64,000 nt of DNA, taken from Gemmatimonadaceae bacterium (GTDB lineage: Bacteria; Gemmatimonadota; Gemmatimonadetes; Gemmatimonadales; Gemmatimonadaceae). Position 1 is the first letter of the stretch, and every line of letters starts with the position of its first letter. Shown here in pieces: positions 36,733 to 49,241 of the stretch. The position numbers and the translations under genes were made by a program. The stretch lies in contig JBJMOW010000005.1 of the NCBI GenBank assembly GCA_045803545.1, forward strand, positions 512,001 through 576,000. The letters are read 5' to 3'. The notes under the pieces were generated by a model. That model did no database searches, was not told where the DNA came from, and was given only the letters and a program-made list of their open reading frames with translations.

Positions 36733-38055
36733 CTACTCGTGCGCCGGAAGCGGCTCCATCGTCCGAGGATTGACCGGCACCTGCACTTCATCGCGATACG
36801 GCGAGGTCATCAACAGCACGCGCATTCGGGGAAACGCGTTTGAGAACGCGAGATAGCAGAAGCCCCAAATGCCGAGCATGCCGAGGGTGATGCCGATCTC
36901 CCAAATTCCGAACGGAATATCGTGGAGCGCTCCATAGATCGAAGGATAAACCTCGAGATAGCGCGTCATCCACAACCCGCTTACCGTGCACAGCGCGAAG
37001 AACGCCATCGTTGGCAGGAAAACTTTCGCCGCGCGCGACAGCAAGCCGAAAAATGGCAGGACGAACATCAGGCTGACGGCGATCAACGTTGGAATTCTCC
37101 AGCCTTCGATCAAACGCAACCTCGCCCAGTGCGTCTCCTCGCCCATGTTGCCGTACCAGAGCACGAGGTACTGGCCGAAGGTGATGTAGCCCCAGAAGGC
37201 AGTGAACGCGAAGCAAAGTTTGCCGAGGTCGTGGAAATGCTTGTCTTGAATGAGATCGTAGCGCCCCAGATACCGACGCCATGCCATCACGATCAGCGTC
37301 CAGCTCGCCAGCGCCGCGACCCACGCGCCCATGAAGAACCACCAACCGTACATGGTGCTCTGGAAATGGGGATCGAGCGACATCGACAAATCCCACGACA
37401 GCACGATCCAGCCAAAGCCCCACACAAACGCAAGCGCCACGGCGAGGTATCCCTGACGTGAATGCGTAGTGTGCAGCTCGCGCCGCTCGTCGCCGAAGTT
37501 GCGTCGCATGCGATCACGAATGCCGCGCGCCCAGTTGGGTCCGCCCTCCGGCAGAATTCCAACGTCGAGTCGCAGACACATGTAGATGTAGCGGAGACTC
37601 ACGAGCGTGATCAACAGGAAGATGAGGATCACGCGCGGATAGTAGAAACCAGGCCCCAGGTAAATCGCCTTTTCGCGAATTTCGGGCGTGCGGGTCGTCC
37701 ACCACAAAACGTGGTGTCTGCCGAACAAGAGAATCAGCAGCAGCAGGACGAAGGCCACGGGCAAAAACGCGACGTATCCCTCGAGAAAGCGAATGATGGG
37801 GCGAGACCAGCGCGCGGTCGTAATGCGCTGAACCGCCACGAACATCACACCCGCAGAGGAAACGCTCGCGAAGTACAGCCAGTTCGTGAGCAATGCCTGC
37901 CACGCGCGATCTGGCTTTACGAATAGGCCAATGAGGAATATGAGAGTGCCTAGGGCCGCGAGCACCAGGCAGACGGTGGTGAGAATCGGCGGTGTCGGCC
38001 GGTCAATGCCGACCAGAACTTCGTCTCGCGATGGAGCGTGTGCGTCGTGCGTCAT
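36733..38055 (-). CDS. actF: Alternative complex III membrane subunit F
   Basis: Polytopic membrane protein with MSLDPHFQST, HFHDLGKL.FAF and QYLVLWYGN..EET motifs. Last gene of the act operon. Confidence 0.85.
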   Translation of the reverse strand: MTHDAHAPSRDEVLVGIDRPTPPILTTVCLVLAALGTLIFLIGLFVKPDRAWQALLTNWLYFASVSSAGVMFVAVQRITTARWSRPIIRFLEGYVAFLPVAFVLLLLILLFGRHHVLWWTTRTPEIREKAIYLGPGFYYPRVILIFLLITLVSLRYIYMCLRLDVGILPEGGPNWARGIRDRMRRNFGDERRELHTTHSRQGYLAVALAFVWGFGWIVLSWDLSMSLDPHFQSTMYGWWFFMGAWVAALASWTLIVMAWRRYLGRYDLIQDKHFHDLGKLCFAFTAFWGYITFGQYLVLWYGNMGEETHWARLRLIEGWRIPTLIAVSLMFVLPFFGLLSRAAKVFLPTMAFFALCTVSGLWMTRYLEVYPSIYGALHDIPFGIWEIGITLGMLGIWGFCYLAFSNAFPRMRVLLMTSPYRDEVQVPVNPRTMEPLPAHE

Positions 38056-38843
38056 CGCGTCGACCTCGCTCGTGCGGTGTCTCGCGCTTTCGTTGAATCC
38101 GTCCGAGTGCGCGCCGTATCGGTCGGCGTCGTCGGCTGGAGTCCCTGTTGCGCTGCCGCCGCTGGCGACGCCTCGTTCTGCGCACCAGGCAACAGCGTGC
38201 GTGGCGGAGAGAACGGCGCCGGACGCTGTGGACCGAGCACAGTCGGGCCTGGCACCTTGTCGCCAGTCACGCCGGGCGGGGCTAGCGCTCCGACTTGAAC
38301 GGTCTTGCCGTTCACGCCCTGCAGTGCGCGGACGTAGTTCACCACGTCCCAGCGATCCATTTCCTCGATGCGGTTGTAGGGAGGCATTAAACCGCGTCCG
38401 TTCCGGATCATTCCAAAGATGTAGCCATCGGTGCGCGCCTTGGTCATGTCCGTCGTAAGGTTGATCCCTGGCATTCCGTATCTGGTCGCGGGACCATCTC
38501 CTATCGCGCGGTCACCATGACACGGCACGCAATTAATCGTGAAGTATTTCCTGCCGTTGGCAAGCGACGAATCCGAAGCCGGCGTTGGATTGCGCAGATT
38601 CGACATCGAGTCGATCGTCGCCGGAAAAGCGCCGTACGAAACCTGGAATCCCGCCACCGCGGTTCCGGTGGTCGGCACCGAGAACTGCGGATTTCCACGG
38701 GAGGGAGTGAGCGAGTCCTTCACCGGTTCCCAGGTCCACAGCGACGGCTGGCGCTTGAAGTCGGTGAACCATTCGCACGCGGTCAAGAACAACGGCGCTA
38801 CCAGTAGCAGCACGCGCGCGCGCGATCGGGCGCGACGCAACAT
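38052..38843 (-). CDS. actE: Alternative complex III monoheme cytochrome c lipoprotein subunit E
   Basis: Lipobox FLTA|C, single CVPCH and GRGLMPPY motif. Start reassigned to ATG 38843. Confidence 0.82.
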   Translation of the reverse strand: MLRRARSRARVLLLVAPLFLTACEWFTDFKRQPSLWTWEPVKDSLTPSRGNPQFSVPTTGTAVAGFQVSYGAFPATIDSMSNLRNPTPASDSSLANGRKYFTINCVPCHGDRAIGDGPATRYGMPGINLTTDMTKARTDGYIFGMIRNGRGLMPPYNRIEEMDRWDVVNYVRALQGVNGKTVQVGALAPPGVTGDKVPGPTVLGPQRPAPFSPPRTLLPGAQNEASPAAAAQQGLQPTTPTDTARTRTDSTKARDTARARSTR

Positions 38844-38847
38844 GCGA

Positions 38848-39348
38848 TCAACGTTCACGTCGCACCTCGGTCGCGCCATGCTGCTTGAGCAAATCCTCTG
38901 CTGTTCGCGCCTGCTCTGGTGGACACTCCACCCAGATCCCGTAATCACCGTGACTGAAGCGCGGGTCATATCCAACCATCATCGTCAAGCGAGGAATCCG
39001 CGCAGCAATGAACAGACCGGCAACGGTCGACAGACCGCCGATCAACACCATCACTTCAAATCCGAAAATCGTATACGGAACCCACGACGCGATTGGCTTA
39101 CCGCCGACGACCAGTGGCCAGTAGTCAGAAACCCAGATCGCGATCCAATATCCGAAAGTACATCCGAGCAGTCCGCCGATCAGTGTGAACCGACGGACGG
39201 GACTCGGTGGCGCCGCGATCGCCTCTTCCAACTCGTGACGTGGGGTCGGCGTGAAGACCCGAATCTCCCCGAGGTTTTTCTGCTTCAACGCCTCTATCGC
39301 GTCGACTGTCGAGTCGAGATCGTGGAACGCCGCCAGTACTCCGCGCAT
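38848..39348 (-). CDS. actD: Alternative complex III subunit D (DUF3341)
   Basis: FTP.P, WPLVVGGKP, FE.MVL and YDPRFS motifs, two TM segments. Confidence 0.88.
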   Translation of the reverse strand: MRGVLAAFHDLDSTVDAIEALKQKNLGEIRVFTPTPRHELEEAIAAPPSPVRRFTLIGGLLGCTFGYWIAIWVSDYWPLVVGGKPIASWVPYTIFGFEVMVLIGGLSTVAGLFIAARIPRLTMMVGYDPRFSHGDYGIWVECPPEQARTAEDLLKQHGATEVRRER

Positions 39349-40808
39349 CAGGCGAACTCTCCCGGCGTGTCAGCCTCGAACTCGAAATGACGGCCCGCTG
39401 CGTCGACGCCGTGTTCGTGTTGTTTGCCTAGCTGAGGCGGAACGATTTCCTTCACTTCAGAGATGGCGATCACGGGTAGCTGCTTGATGAATAGCAGGAA
39501 CCACATCGAGAACCAGCCGAAGCTCCCGATCAGGATCGAGTAGTCGACAATCGTCGGCCGATAACTCGTCCATTGCCACGGCTCGAATTCGTGGGACAGT
39601 GATGGCACCACGATCACGAATCGCTCGAACCACATTCCGATGTTGATCGTGAACGAGATAATGAACAGCCACGCCGCACTGCGTCTGAGCTTCTGCACGA
39701 ACAGCGAAAGCGGCAGCACCATGTTGCAGGTGTAAAGAATCGCCGAGGCCCACCACCACTGACCCCAGATGCGGTTCGCGAAGAAGTTCTGCTCGAACTC
39801 GTTGCCGCTGTACCACGCTACAAACCACTCATTCATGTATGCGCAGCCCACCACGAGCGACGTGAACAGCGCGAGCTTGGCGGCGGCATCGAGATGGTTG
39901 ATCGTGACGTAGTGCCGAACGCCGAACCACTTCCTCAATGGGATGATGATGGTGAACACCATTCCCATACCGGAGAAGATTGCGCCGGCAACGAAGTAGG
40001 GCGGGAAAATCGTGGTGTGCCAGCCCGGCGTCAGCGCCATTGCGAAGTCGAAGGACACGACCGAGTGCACCGAGAGGACCAGAGGCGTCGACAACGCCGC
40101 CAGGAATAGATAGGCTCTAGCGAAGTGTCGCCACTCGTTGTCGGTGTTTCGCCAGCCGAGCGAGAGCATGGTGAAGAGGCGCTTTCTGATCGGGCTGATA
40201 TTCTCGCGATCTCTCAACACCGCGATGTCTGGAATCAGTCCGATGTAGAGGAACGTGCTGGAGATCGTGAAGTACGTTAGAATCGCGAACACGTCCCACA
40301 CCAGCGGACTCTTGAACTGCGGCCAGATGTAGCGCCAGTTCGGATACGCTATCAGCCAGAAGAATTTCCAGGGCCGGCCGAGGTGGAGAATTGGGAACAG
40401 CGCTGCCGTCATGACCGCGAACACTGTCATTGCTTCCGCGCAACGATAAATCGTGGTTCGGAATCCCGCCCTGAACAGATATAGGATCGCCGAGATAAGT
40501 GTTCCGGCGTGGCCGATACCGATCCAGAATACGAAAGTGATGATGTACACGCCCCACATTACCGGCGGGTTGTAACCGGCAACACCGAGACCGGTGTAGA
40601 TCTGGTACATCCACGCGGTGATACCGATCAGCAACGCCAGGACCGCGACGCCGAGTCCGATGAACCATGGAAGGCTCGGGCGGAGAGTGCGAATGATTTC
40701 GCGATCGACCTGCTCGTAACTGCGGACCGCCGGCAACTGCACCGACGCGCTCGCGATGTTAGGCCGACGCGGTTCGTCCGCGGGAACTGGTTTCGTTACA
40801 GTCGCCAT
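39348..40808 (-). CDS. actC: Alternative complex III quinol-oxidising subunit C (NrfD family)
   Basis: FVFWIGIGHAGTLISAIL, HLGRPW, SPLVWD, SVHSVVSFDF, GWHTTIFPPYFVAGAIFSG and GMWFERF motifs. Confidence 0.92.
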   Translation of the reverse strand: MATVTKPVPADEPRRPNIASASVQLPAVRSYEQVDREIIRTLRPSLPWFIGLGVAVLALLIGITAWMYQIYTGLGVAGYNPPVMWGVYIITFVFWIGIGHAGTLISAILYLFRAGFRTTIYRCAEAMTVFAVMTAALFPILHLGRPWKFFWLIAYPNWRYIWPQFKSPLVWDVFAILTYFTISSTFLYIGLIPDIAVLRDRENISPIRKRLFTMLSLGWRNTDNEWRHFARAYLFLAALSTPLVLSVHSVVSFDFAMALTPGWHTTIFPPYFVAGAIFSGMGMVFTIIIPLRKWFGVRHYVTINHLDAAAKLALFTSLVVGCAYMNEWFVAWYSGNEFEQNFFANRIWGQWWWASAILYTCNMVLPLSLFVQKLRRSAAWLFIISFTINIGMWFERFVIVVPSLSHEFEPWQWTSYRPTIVDYSILIGSFGWFSMWFLLFIKQLPVIAISEVKEIVPPQLGKQHEHGVDAAGRHFEFEADTPGEFA

Positions 40809-40810
40809 TT

Positions 40811-43936
<3,126 letters not shown>

Positions 43937-43940
43937 TCGA

Positions 43941-44486
43941 TTAGTAGTGACACACCGCGCAATCGTAACGAGCGCGGAAAGGTGGATTCGACTGACCGAT
44001 GTGACAGTTGACGCACCATCCCATGTTTAATGAGTTGGCCTGGTAGACCTGCTTCATCGCCTGGATTTGCCCGTGACATGTCTGGCACGTTACGCCGGCA
44101 TTGACGTGACGCATGTGCGGGAAGTGAACGTACTCGGGCACCTTGTGGATACGAATCCAGGGTACGGGCTCTTTCTTGGTCGCGAAGCCAACAAGCTTCT
44201 TGATTTCTGCTTTGTTGTCGTCCGTCGTGCCCTGCACCACGGTGTGACAACCCATGCAGGTGCTCATCGCGGGCAAACCCGGGTCGAACGATTTGTTGGC
44301 GGAGAAGTGACAGTACAGGCAGTTCATCTTGAGAGTGTCCACGTGCACGGTGTGTCGGAACTTCACCGGTTGCACGGGACTGTTTCCCTCTGACGAAGAC
44401 GCGCCGCTGTACGCAGAAAGCATGGTGGCCAGCGCCGCTATGCACACGAAGCCCGGCACTGCAAACCATCTGCTTCGCAAATTCAT
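43941..44486 (-). CDS. actA: Alternative complex III pentaheme cytochrome c subunit A
   Basis: N-terminal TM helix and five CxxCH motifs (CLYCH, CMGCH, CQTCH, CVNCH, CAVCH). VHFPH..H and LNMGWC motifs. Confidence 0.92.
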   Translation of the reverse strand: MNLRSRWFAVPGFVCIAALATMLSAYSGASSSEGNSPVQPVKFRHTVHVDTLKMNCLYCHFSANKSFDPGLPAMSTCMGCHTVVQGTTDDNKAEIKKLVGFATKKEPVPWIRIHKVPEYVHFPHMRHVNAGVTCQTCHGQIQAMKQVYQANSLNMGWCVNCHIGQSNPPFRARYDCAVCHY

Positions 44487-44525
44487 CCGCGAGAGTTGGT
44501 GTAAAGGCGAGTTAATAGGTCGGGT

Positions 44526-44543
44526 TTGTGAAGAATTTCACAA
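44526..44543. promoter_or_regulatory. Rex operator (NADH/NAD+-sensing repressor site) upstream of actA
   Basis: TTGTGAA-gaat-TTCACAA matches the TTGTGAA-N4-TTCACAA consensus, about 40 bp upstream of the actA start. Confidence 0.75.
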
Positions 44544-44597
44544 GCAACCGAACGGCGGAAAAATGCCCGGACAGGTAGGGCAGCGCAAGGTGCGCGA

Positions 44598-45380
44598 TCA
44601 CTGCTGCAAACCCTTTGCCTTTGCATTCATGATGCGCTCGATTGTCCGCACTATCTCGATGAAAATGGCGCGCAGCAGCGCGAGCTCACGCGAGTCCGGC
44701 GCCGCTCGATAAAAGAGTGTTCGCACCGTCCGCATGATGTGCTCGTGGTAGCGCGTCTTGAAAAAATCGATTGCGTGGAGGCCGCGCTCCGTGTCCGCAA
44801 ACAGCTGCTCGTACTCTTCGGCTGAGGCGGGAGGCGCATCCTTGCGCGGCGGCGCCAGCGTTCGCGTCGCATCAGCAGCACGCAGATGCAATTCATAGAG
44901 CGCGACCATGACCGCCTGAGCCAGATTGAGCGATGCGTGCTCCGTCGTCGGGATCGTAACGAGCAGGTGCGCGCGATCGAGAATTTCGTTCGGCAACCCC
45001 TTGTCTTCGCGTCCGAAGAGCAGCGCGACCGGACCAGACGGGGCGAAGTCGAGGAGCTCCGCGCTAGCTTCTCTGGGCGTGACCACATCACGCTTCGCGG
45101 TACGACGGCGGGCCGTGAATCCCGCGACGCGAACTACACCCTCCAACGCTTCTTCGATGGTGTCGCAGCTTCTTATCCGCTCAATCAAGTCGTTTGTATC
45201 GTGGGCGATCCCTTCCAGTCGCCAGGGATCGTATGGTACCGACCTGACGAGATAGAGATCGCGGCAGCCCATGTTCTTCATCGCGCGAATTGTCGCAGCG
45301 ATGTTCACCGGGTCCTGGGGCTCATAGAGTACTACCCGTACAGAGCTGAGAATTGAGTTGTGAGCTGCTTCTACTGCCAT
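44598..45380 (-). CDS. SPOUT-family RNA methyltransferase (TrmJ/TrmH-like)
   Basis: VVLYEPQDPVNI...RAMKNMG, LFGREDKGL and SLNLAQAV motifs. Confidence 0.88.
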   Translation of the reverse strand: MAVEAAHNSILSSVRVVLYEPQDPVNIAATIRAMKNMGCRDLYLVRSVPYDPWRLEGIAHDTNDLIERIRSCDTIEEALEGVVRVAGFTARRRTAKRDVVTPREASAELLDFAPSGPVALLFGREDKGLPNEILDRAHLLVTIPTTEHASLNLAQAVMVALYELHLRAADATRTLAPPRKDAPPASAEEYEQLFADTERGLHAIDFFKTRYHEHIMRTVRTLFYRAAPDSRELALLRAIFIEIVRTIERIMNAKAKGLQQ

Positions 45381-45400
45381 GCGGGATTAGACGCGGTGAG

Positions 45401-45451
45401 AAAGCAAAAAGTGCTGCACCCACTTCTCTCAAAGAAGTAAGTGCAGCACTT
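45401..45451 (-). terminator. Intrinsic terminator downstream of the small membrane-protein gene
   Basis: Stem AAGTGCTGCAC...GTGCAGCACTT with inner ACTTCT/AGAAGT pairing. Followed by TTTTTGCTTT on the minus strand. Confidence 0.65.
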
Positions 45452-45470
45452 CGCGTTCAAGCTGGCTCGC

Positions 45471-45620
45471 CTAGACGACCGGTCTGCCGGTGATCAGGCG
45501 GTAAATGACCACGATGACTGCGATCACGAGCAGCAGGTGAATCAGGCCGCCACCTACGTGCACCACGAAGAATCCAAGAATCCAAAGGATGAATAGAATT
45601 ACCGCGATCGTCCAAAGCAT
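45471..45620 (-). CDS. Small membrane protein, lmo0937/DUF5670 family (49 aa, absent from the ORF track)
   Basis: Manual translation MLWTIAVILFILWILGFFVVHVGGGLIHLLLVIAVIVVIYRLITGRPVV*. SD GAGGA upstream. Confidence 0.85.
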   Translation of the reverse strand: MLWTIAVILFILWILGFFVVHVGGGLIHLLLVIAVIVVIYRLITGRPVV

Positions 45621-45728
45621 GATGGCATCCTCGCAAGAAGTGAGTTACACCGGCGCGACAGACTGTGTCCACCGCTTGGCGCGCGGCCACTCGGCCCGGC
45701 GTTATGGTACCGCACGCTCTGGATGATG

Positions 45729-45743
45729 GCAACCTGCATGCCT
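45729..45743 (-). promoter_or_regulatory. Candidate sigma54 promoter of the lmo0937-like gene
   Basis: Minus strand AGGCATG-CAGG-TTGC, close to the TGGCACG-N4-TTGC consensus. Confidence 0.5.
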
Positions 45744-45773
45744 GTAATGTGCGAGAGGCCGGAGGAGGAACCA

Positions 45774-46319
45774 TCAAACAAACAGATCGCTCTGTGGCGC
45801 AACGTCATAGTGGACACGGCCGGTTTCATCGACTCGCGCGAACGATGTCAGTCGATGCGGCTCTGCTCCGGCGTCGAGAATGTGGAAAACCTGGGCGCCT
45901 CGTCCGACTGCCGCGTCAGAGATTAATGACCGATGACAGCGCCACGGCACCGCTTCGGCGCACATGATTGCAGTCGGCTCCCGCGAAGTCAGCGCCAACA
46001 ACTCGTCCAGCGCCTGGCCGAACTCCCGTGTTTCCATGTAATCAGCGTAGCCGCGAAATCCTGCGTTGCGCCAAAGCGTATTGTGTGAATCGCGGCGAAC
46101 CTTTCGACGTCCGCCGAGCGCGGGGAAATGTGTGTAGCGAAATCCCTCGCTGCCCAGGCTCTCGCGAAGACTCTCTCGATTGAAGTGCGGATAGCGCGGT
46201 GATGTAGGAAAGGCGCGCACATCGACCAGATGGGCAACGCCTTCCCGTTTCAACAACTTGATAAACTCGTCGAGCGTTCTCGTCGAATGCCCGATGGTAT
46301 ACAGCCTAGCGGGGTCCAC
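45774..46319 (-). CDS. DUF488 family protein
   Basis: YTIGHSTR, LVDVR.FP.S, LGGRR, FRGYADYM and MCAEAVPWRCHRSLI motifs. Start reassigned to GTG 46319. Confidence 0.85.
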   Translation of the reverse strand: MDPARLYTIGHSTRTLDEFIKLLKREGVAHLVDVRAFPTSPRYPHFNRESLRESLGSEGFRYTHFPALGGRRKVRRDSHNTLWRNAGFRGYADYMETREFGQALDELLALTSREPTAIMCAEAVPWRCHRSLISDAAVGRGAQVFHILDAGAEPHRLTSFARVDETGRVHYDVAPQSDLFV

Positions 46320-46752
46320 GCTCCACGAAGCTGCCACCTTCGACCCGGGGCGAACCAGAGGGCGGCGTGATTCCGGTCGAACCTGTTTGGTGCAGCGCCT
46401 GTCTGCCAAGCAGAATGCGCGTCGCCCGGACGTCGTGACCCATGTCGATCAGCAACAGGGCAAGATCGCCACTGCCCCAAAGCAAACCAGCCAGCACCAC
46501 CAGCCGGCTCATTTCGCCGAGCAACGTGGGGATCGAGGTTGTTCCCTGGGTTACCAGGCCGGTGATGATCTCCGACACGAGCAACAGAAGGAGAATGATC
46601 GCCATCAGTTTGAAGAGCTTGGACAGGTAGCCAAGTCCGACGTACGGCTCGAGATCGGCCAGCCGCACCGGCATCGCCGGATCCCGCTTCGGGTTCGCCG
46701 GTGTGTGCCTGTGCTCCTCGACTGATGCCGCGCTACTTGTTTTGTCCGCCAT
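46306..46752 (-). CDS. Hypothetical membrane protein (2 TM segments)
   Basis: MADKTSS start overlaps the upstream stop (TAATG). Hydrophobic segments, with EPY.GL.YLSKLF and LLIDMGHDVRA.RILLGR motifs. Confidence 0.7.
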   Translation of the reverse strand: MADKTSSAASVEEHRHTPANPKRDPAMPVRLADLEPYVGLGYLSKLFKLMAIILLLLLVSEIITGLVTQGTTSIPTLLGEMSRLVVLAGLLWGSGDLALLLIDMGHDVRATRILLGRQALHQTGSTGITPPSGSPRVEGGSFVERGPR

Positions 46753-47921
46753 TAGCCATCTCCTGTTCCAATCCAGCGAGCGGGGTAGCCTCGCGTGTCG
46801 ATATGGGTGAACGGCCCGTGCGCTGACGTGCCGGAATATATGCCGCACCCCCCTATCAGCGAAGGGTGTGCCCGCTCGACGCGATCGACCGCGTCCTGAA
46901 TGACTTTGGCATCTGCAATATTCACGCGCCCGTCGTGATTGAGGTCGTCCATCTGGCCGTTACCGTCGTTGTCGATGAAGATGTCGTTGGCATCTCCATA
47001 CATATGTCGGCTAAGGGCGGCCCGTCCCCGCGAATCACCTCCACCGGAGTTGTACTGTGGGGTGCGGAACCCGCTCATGACGTGGACGCCCTTCGGGTTG
47101 ATTCCGTGCTGTCTCAAGTCCTCGAGCACAAGCTCGTCTTTGTCGACCAGTTTCATGTCGAGGACGATGTACTTCGGCCAGACGTTCGTCTGATCGTGCG
47201 GCAGAAAATCCTTGAGCTTGAAGTGCTCGGAGAGCTGGGTGTTCTGATTTTCCGGTGTGACTTCGATGAAGCCGTTCGGCGGATCATAGCGTACCCCCGG
47301 CTGTCCCTTCCTCGCCGCCGGCCAGTTACCGATGTAGTAAAGCCCCAGCCGCGATCCCGTCTTCTCGGATGCGGGACGAAGAGTGATTACGCTGAAGTCG
47401 GCGAGCGGTTTGATGGCGTTGCCGACCTTAAGGGCGATGTTCCAGATCCCTGGTCGCTTCGGAGCAGCAAGGGTAGCCGTTGATTCAGCGGCGGCTCCAG
47501 ACGAGAACGTCGCCGTCGCTCCCGGCGGCAATGTGTCGGCGAGGAGAGGGTTGATCGACGAACCTTCCGGCTGGATGCGCACGCGAAGCTTTCCGCTCTC
47601 GCCCCGCGCAGGCGGAGCGAGCGCCGACAGCGCGGCGTCAGTCAGATACGCGACCGACGGCGCGGATCCATTTGTCAGCGCAGCGGCGATTGTCGCCGTA
47701 GCGGGAGTTACGTTTCCGCTTTCGCCGCTGGCCCGCGCCCTCGCAATTGACCAGGACCAGCCAACGGTGAATAGCACGAGCACCACAACGGCGACCGCGC
47801 TGAAAATCCGTTCAGCTCTGCCGATGCGACGAAATCGCACCCGACGCTCCGGAAACGCGAGTAGAAACTCTCTAGTTGCTTTGCGTCGTGGTGGCGGTGA
47901 ACTTGAACGTCTCTCTTCCAT
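46752..47921 (-). CDS. Membrane-anchored peptidase M15A-like (D-Ala-D-Ala carboxypeptidase fold) protein
   Basis: N-terminal TM helix. QLSEHFKL.DF, MSGFRTP.YN, SRHMYGDAND and FTHIDTRG give the H/D/H Zn ligands. An EF-hand-like insert reads DNDGNG..DDLNHDG. Confidence 0.78.
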   Translation of the reverse strand: MEERRSSSPPPRRKATREFLLAFPERRVRFRRIGRAERIFSAVAVVVLVLFTVGWSWSIARARASGESGNVTPATATIAAALTNGSAPSVAYLTDAALSALAPPARGESGKLRVRIQPEGSSINPLLADTLPPGATATFSSGAAAESTATLAAPKRPGIWNIALKVGNAIKPLADFSVITLRPASEKTGSRLGLYYIGNWPAARKGQPGVRYDPPNGFIEVTPENQNTQLSEHFKLKDFLPHDQTNVWPKYIVLDMKLVDKDELVLEDLRQHGINPKGVHVMSGFRTPQYNSGGGDSRGRAALSRHMYGDANDIFIDNDGNGQMDDLNHDGRVNIADAKVIQDAVDRVERAHPSLIGGCGIYSGTSAHGPFTHIDTRGYPARWIGTGDG

Positions 47922-47944
47922 TCGAACTCTCTAAGTACGACCGG

Positions 47945-48595
47945 ATGCAACCGCTCGTCGATTTTTTCCACCGACTTTCGAACCTTCCAGACCTGGTCCA
48001 GTGGGCCGGACTGTTCGGTCTCACCGCAATCATCTTCTCCGAAACGGGTCTGCTCGTCGGTGTGTTTCTACCCGGCGATTCACTGCTTGTTACCGCGGGA
48101 CTATTTGCCGCCAAAGGCTATCTGGATATCTACGCGCTCGCGCCCACACTCACACTCGGCGCGATTTGCGGCAACAGCCTCGGTTTTTTCATCGGCCGTG
48201 CAAGCGGACCACGGGTTTTCAGGCGTGAGAACAGCTTGCTCTTCAACAAGAAGCATGCTATCCGCGCTCAGGAGTTCTACCAGAAGTACGGGCGGAAAAC
48301 TATTGTGCTAGCCCAATTCATGCCGGTCGTCCGCACCTTCGCCCCGGTTACCGCAGGCGTTGCCTGCATGCCCTTTCGAACATTCATCGTCACCAATGTC
48401 CTTGGCGCCTTTGCCTGGATCTGGAGCATGCTCGGCGTTGGGTATTTCCTCGGTAACTACATTCCGGGCATCGATCAACACATCGAGATCGTCGTGGTGG
48501 TCGTGGTGTTCATTTCGATCCTGCCCGGCATCATCGGGGGTATCCGGGCTCGCCGGGCGAAACGGTATCGCGCAGCTACACCCGTTGAAACTTGA
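47945..48595 (+). CDS. DedA/VTT family membrane protein
   Basis: IIFSETGLL.G.FLPGDSLLVTAG and F.PVVRTFAP..AG motifs. Confidence 0.9.
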   Translation: MQPLVDFFHRLSNLPDLVQWAGLFGLTAIIFSETGLLVGVFLPGDSLLVTAGLFAAKGYLDIYALAPTLTLGAICGNSLGFFIGRASGPRVFRRENSLLFNKKHAIRAQEFYQKYGRKTIVLAQFMPVVRTFAPVTAGVACMPFRTFIVTNVLGAFAWIWSMLGVGYFLGNYIPGIDQHIEIVVVVVVFISILPGIIGGIRARRAKRYRAATPVET

Positions 48596-48628
48596 AGACT
48601 GTGAACCAGAACGTTCAGGAGACCGATA

Positions 48629-49234
48629 ATGGCTTTTACTCTTCCGCCCCTTCCCTACGACTTCGCCGCCCTCGAGCCCCACATAGATGCCAAGACCATG
48701 GAGATTCACCATGGCAAGCATCATCAGGCCTACGTCAACAATCTCAACGCGGCAATTGAAAAAGCGCCGGATTTGGCGAGCAAATCACTCGACGATCTGA
48801 TGCGGAATGTGAGCACTGTACCCGAGTCCGTGCGCACCGCAGTGCGCAACAACGGCGGTGGACATTGGAACCATTCGATGTTCTGGCAGATCATGGCGCC
48901 CAAGGCGGGCGGTGAGCCGAGCGGAAATCTTGGCAACGCGATTCGCACCGCCTTCGGGGATTTCGCAAAGTTCCGTGAGCAGTTCAGTGCTGCCGGCGTC
49001 GGACGATTCGGATCAGGCTGGGCCTGGTTGATCAACAATGGCGGCAAGCTCTCGATCACCAGCACGCCGAACCAGGACAACCCATTGATGGATGGCCAGC
49101 GCGCGATCGTGGGGATCGACGTCTGGGAGCATGCGTACTACCTCAAATACCAGAATCGCCGGCCCGACTACATCACCGCATGGTGGAACGTGGTGAACTG
49201 GAAGGAAGTCGAGAAGCGGTTTTCGCAGAGCTGA
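48629..49234 (+). CDS. sodA: Superoxide dismutase, likely Mn-type
   Basis: [29 protein letters not shown] and DVWEHAYY motifs. SD AGGAG. Confidence 0.93.
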   Translation: MAFTLPPLPYDFAALEPHIDAKTMEIHHGKHHQAYVNNLNAAIEKAPDLASKSLDDLMRNVSTVPESVRTAVRNNGGGHWNHSMFWQIMAPKAGGEPSGNLGNAIRTAFGDFAKFREQFSAAGVGRFGSGWAWLINNGGKLSITSTPNQDNPLMDGQRAIVGIDVWEHAYYLKYQNRRPDYITAWWNVVNWKEVEKRFSQS

Positions 49235-49241
49235 TGGCGAG

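Noticed and set aside
36406..36843. ORFs spanning the tRNA and terminator
   Set aside because: They overlap a clear tRNA-Ala and a perfect terminator palindrome, so they are spurious.
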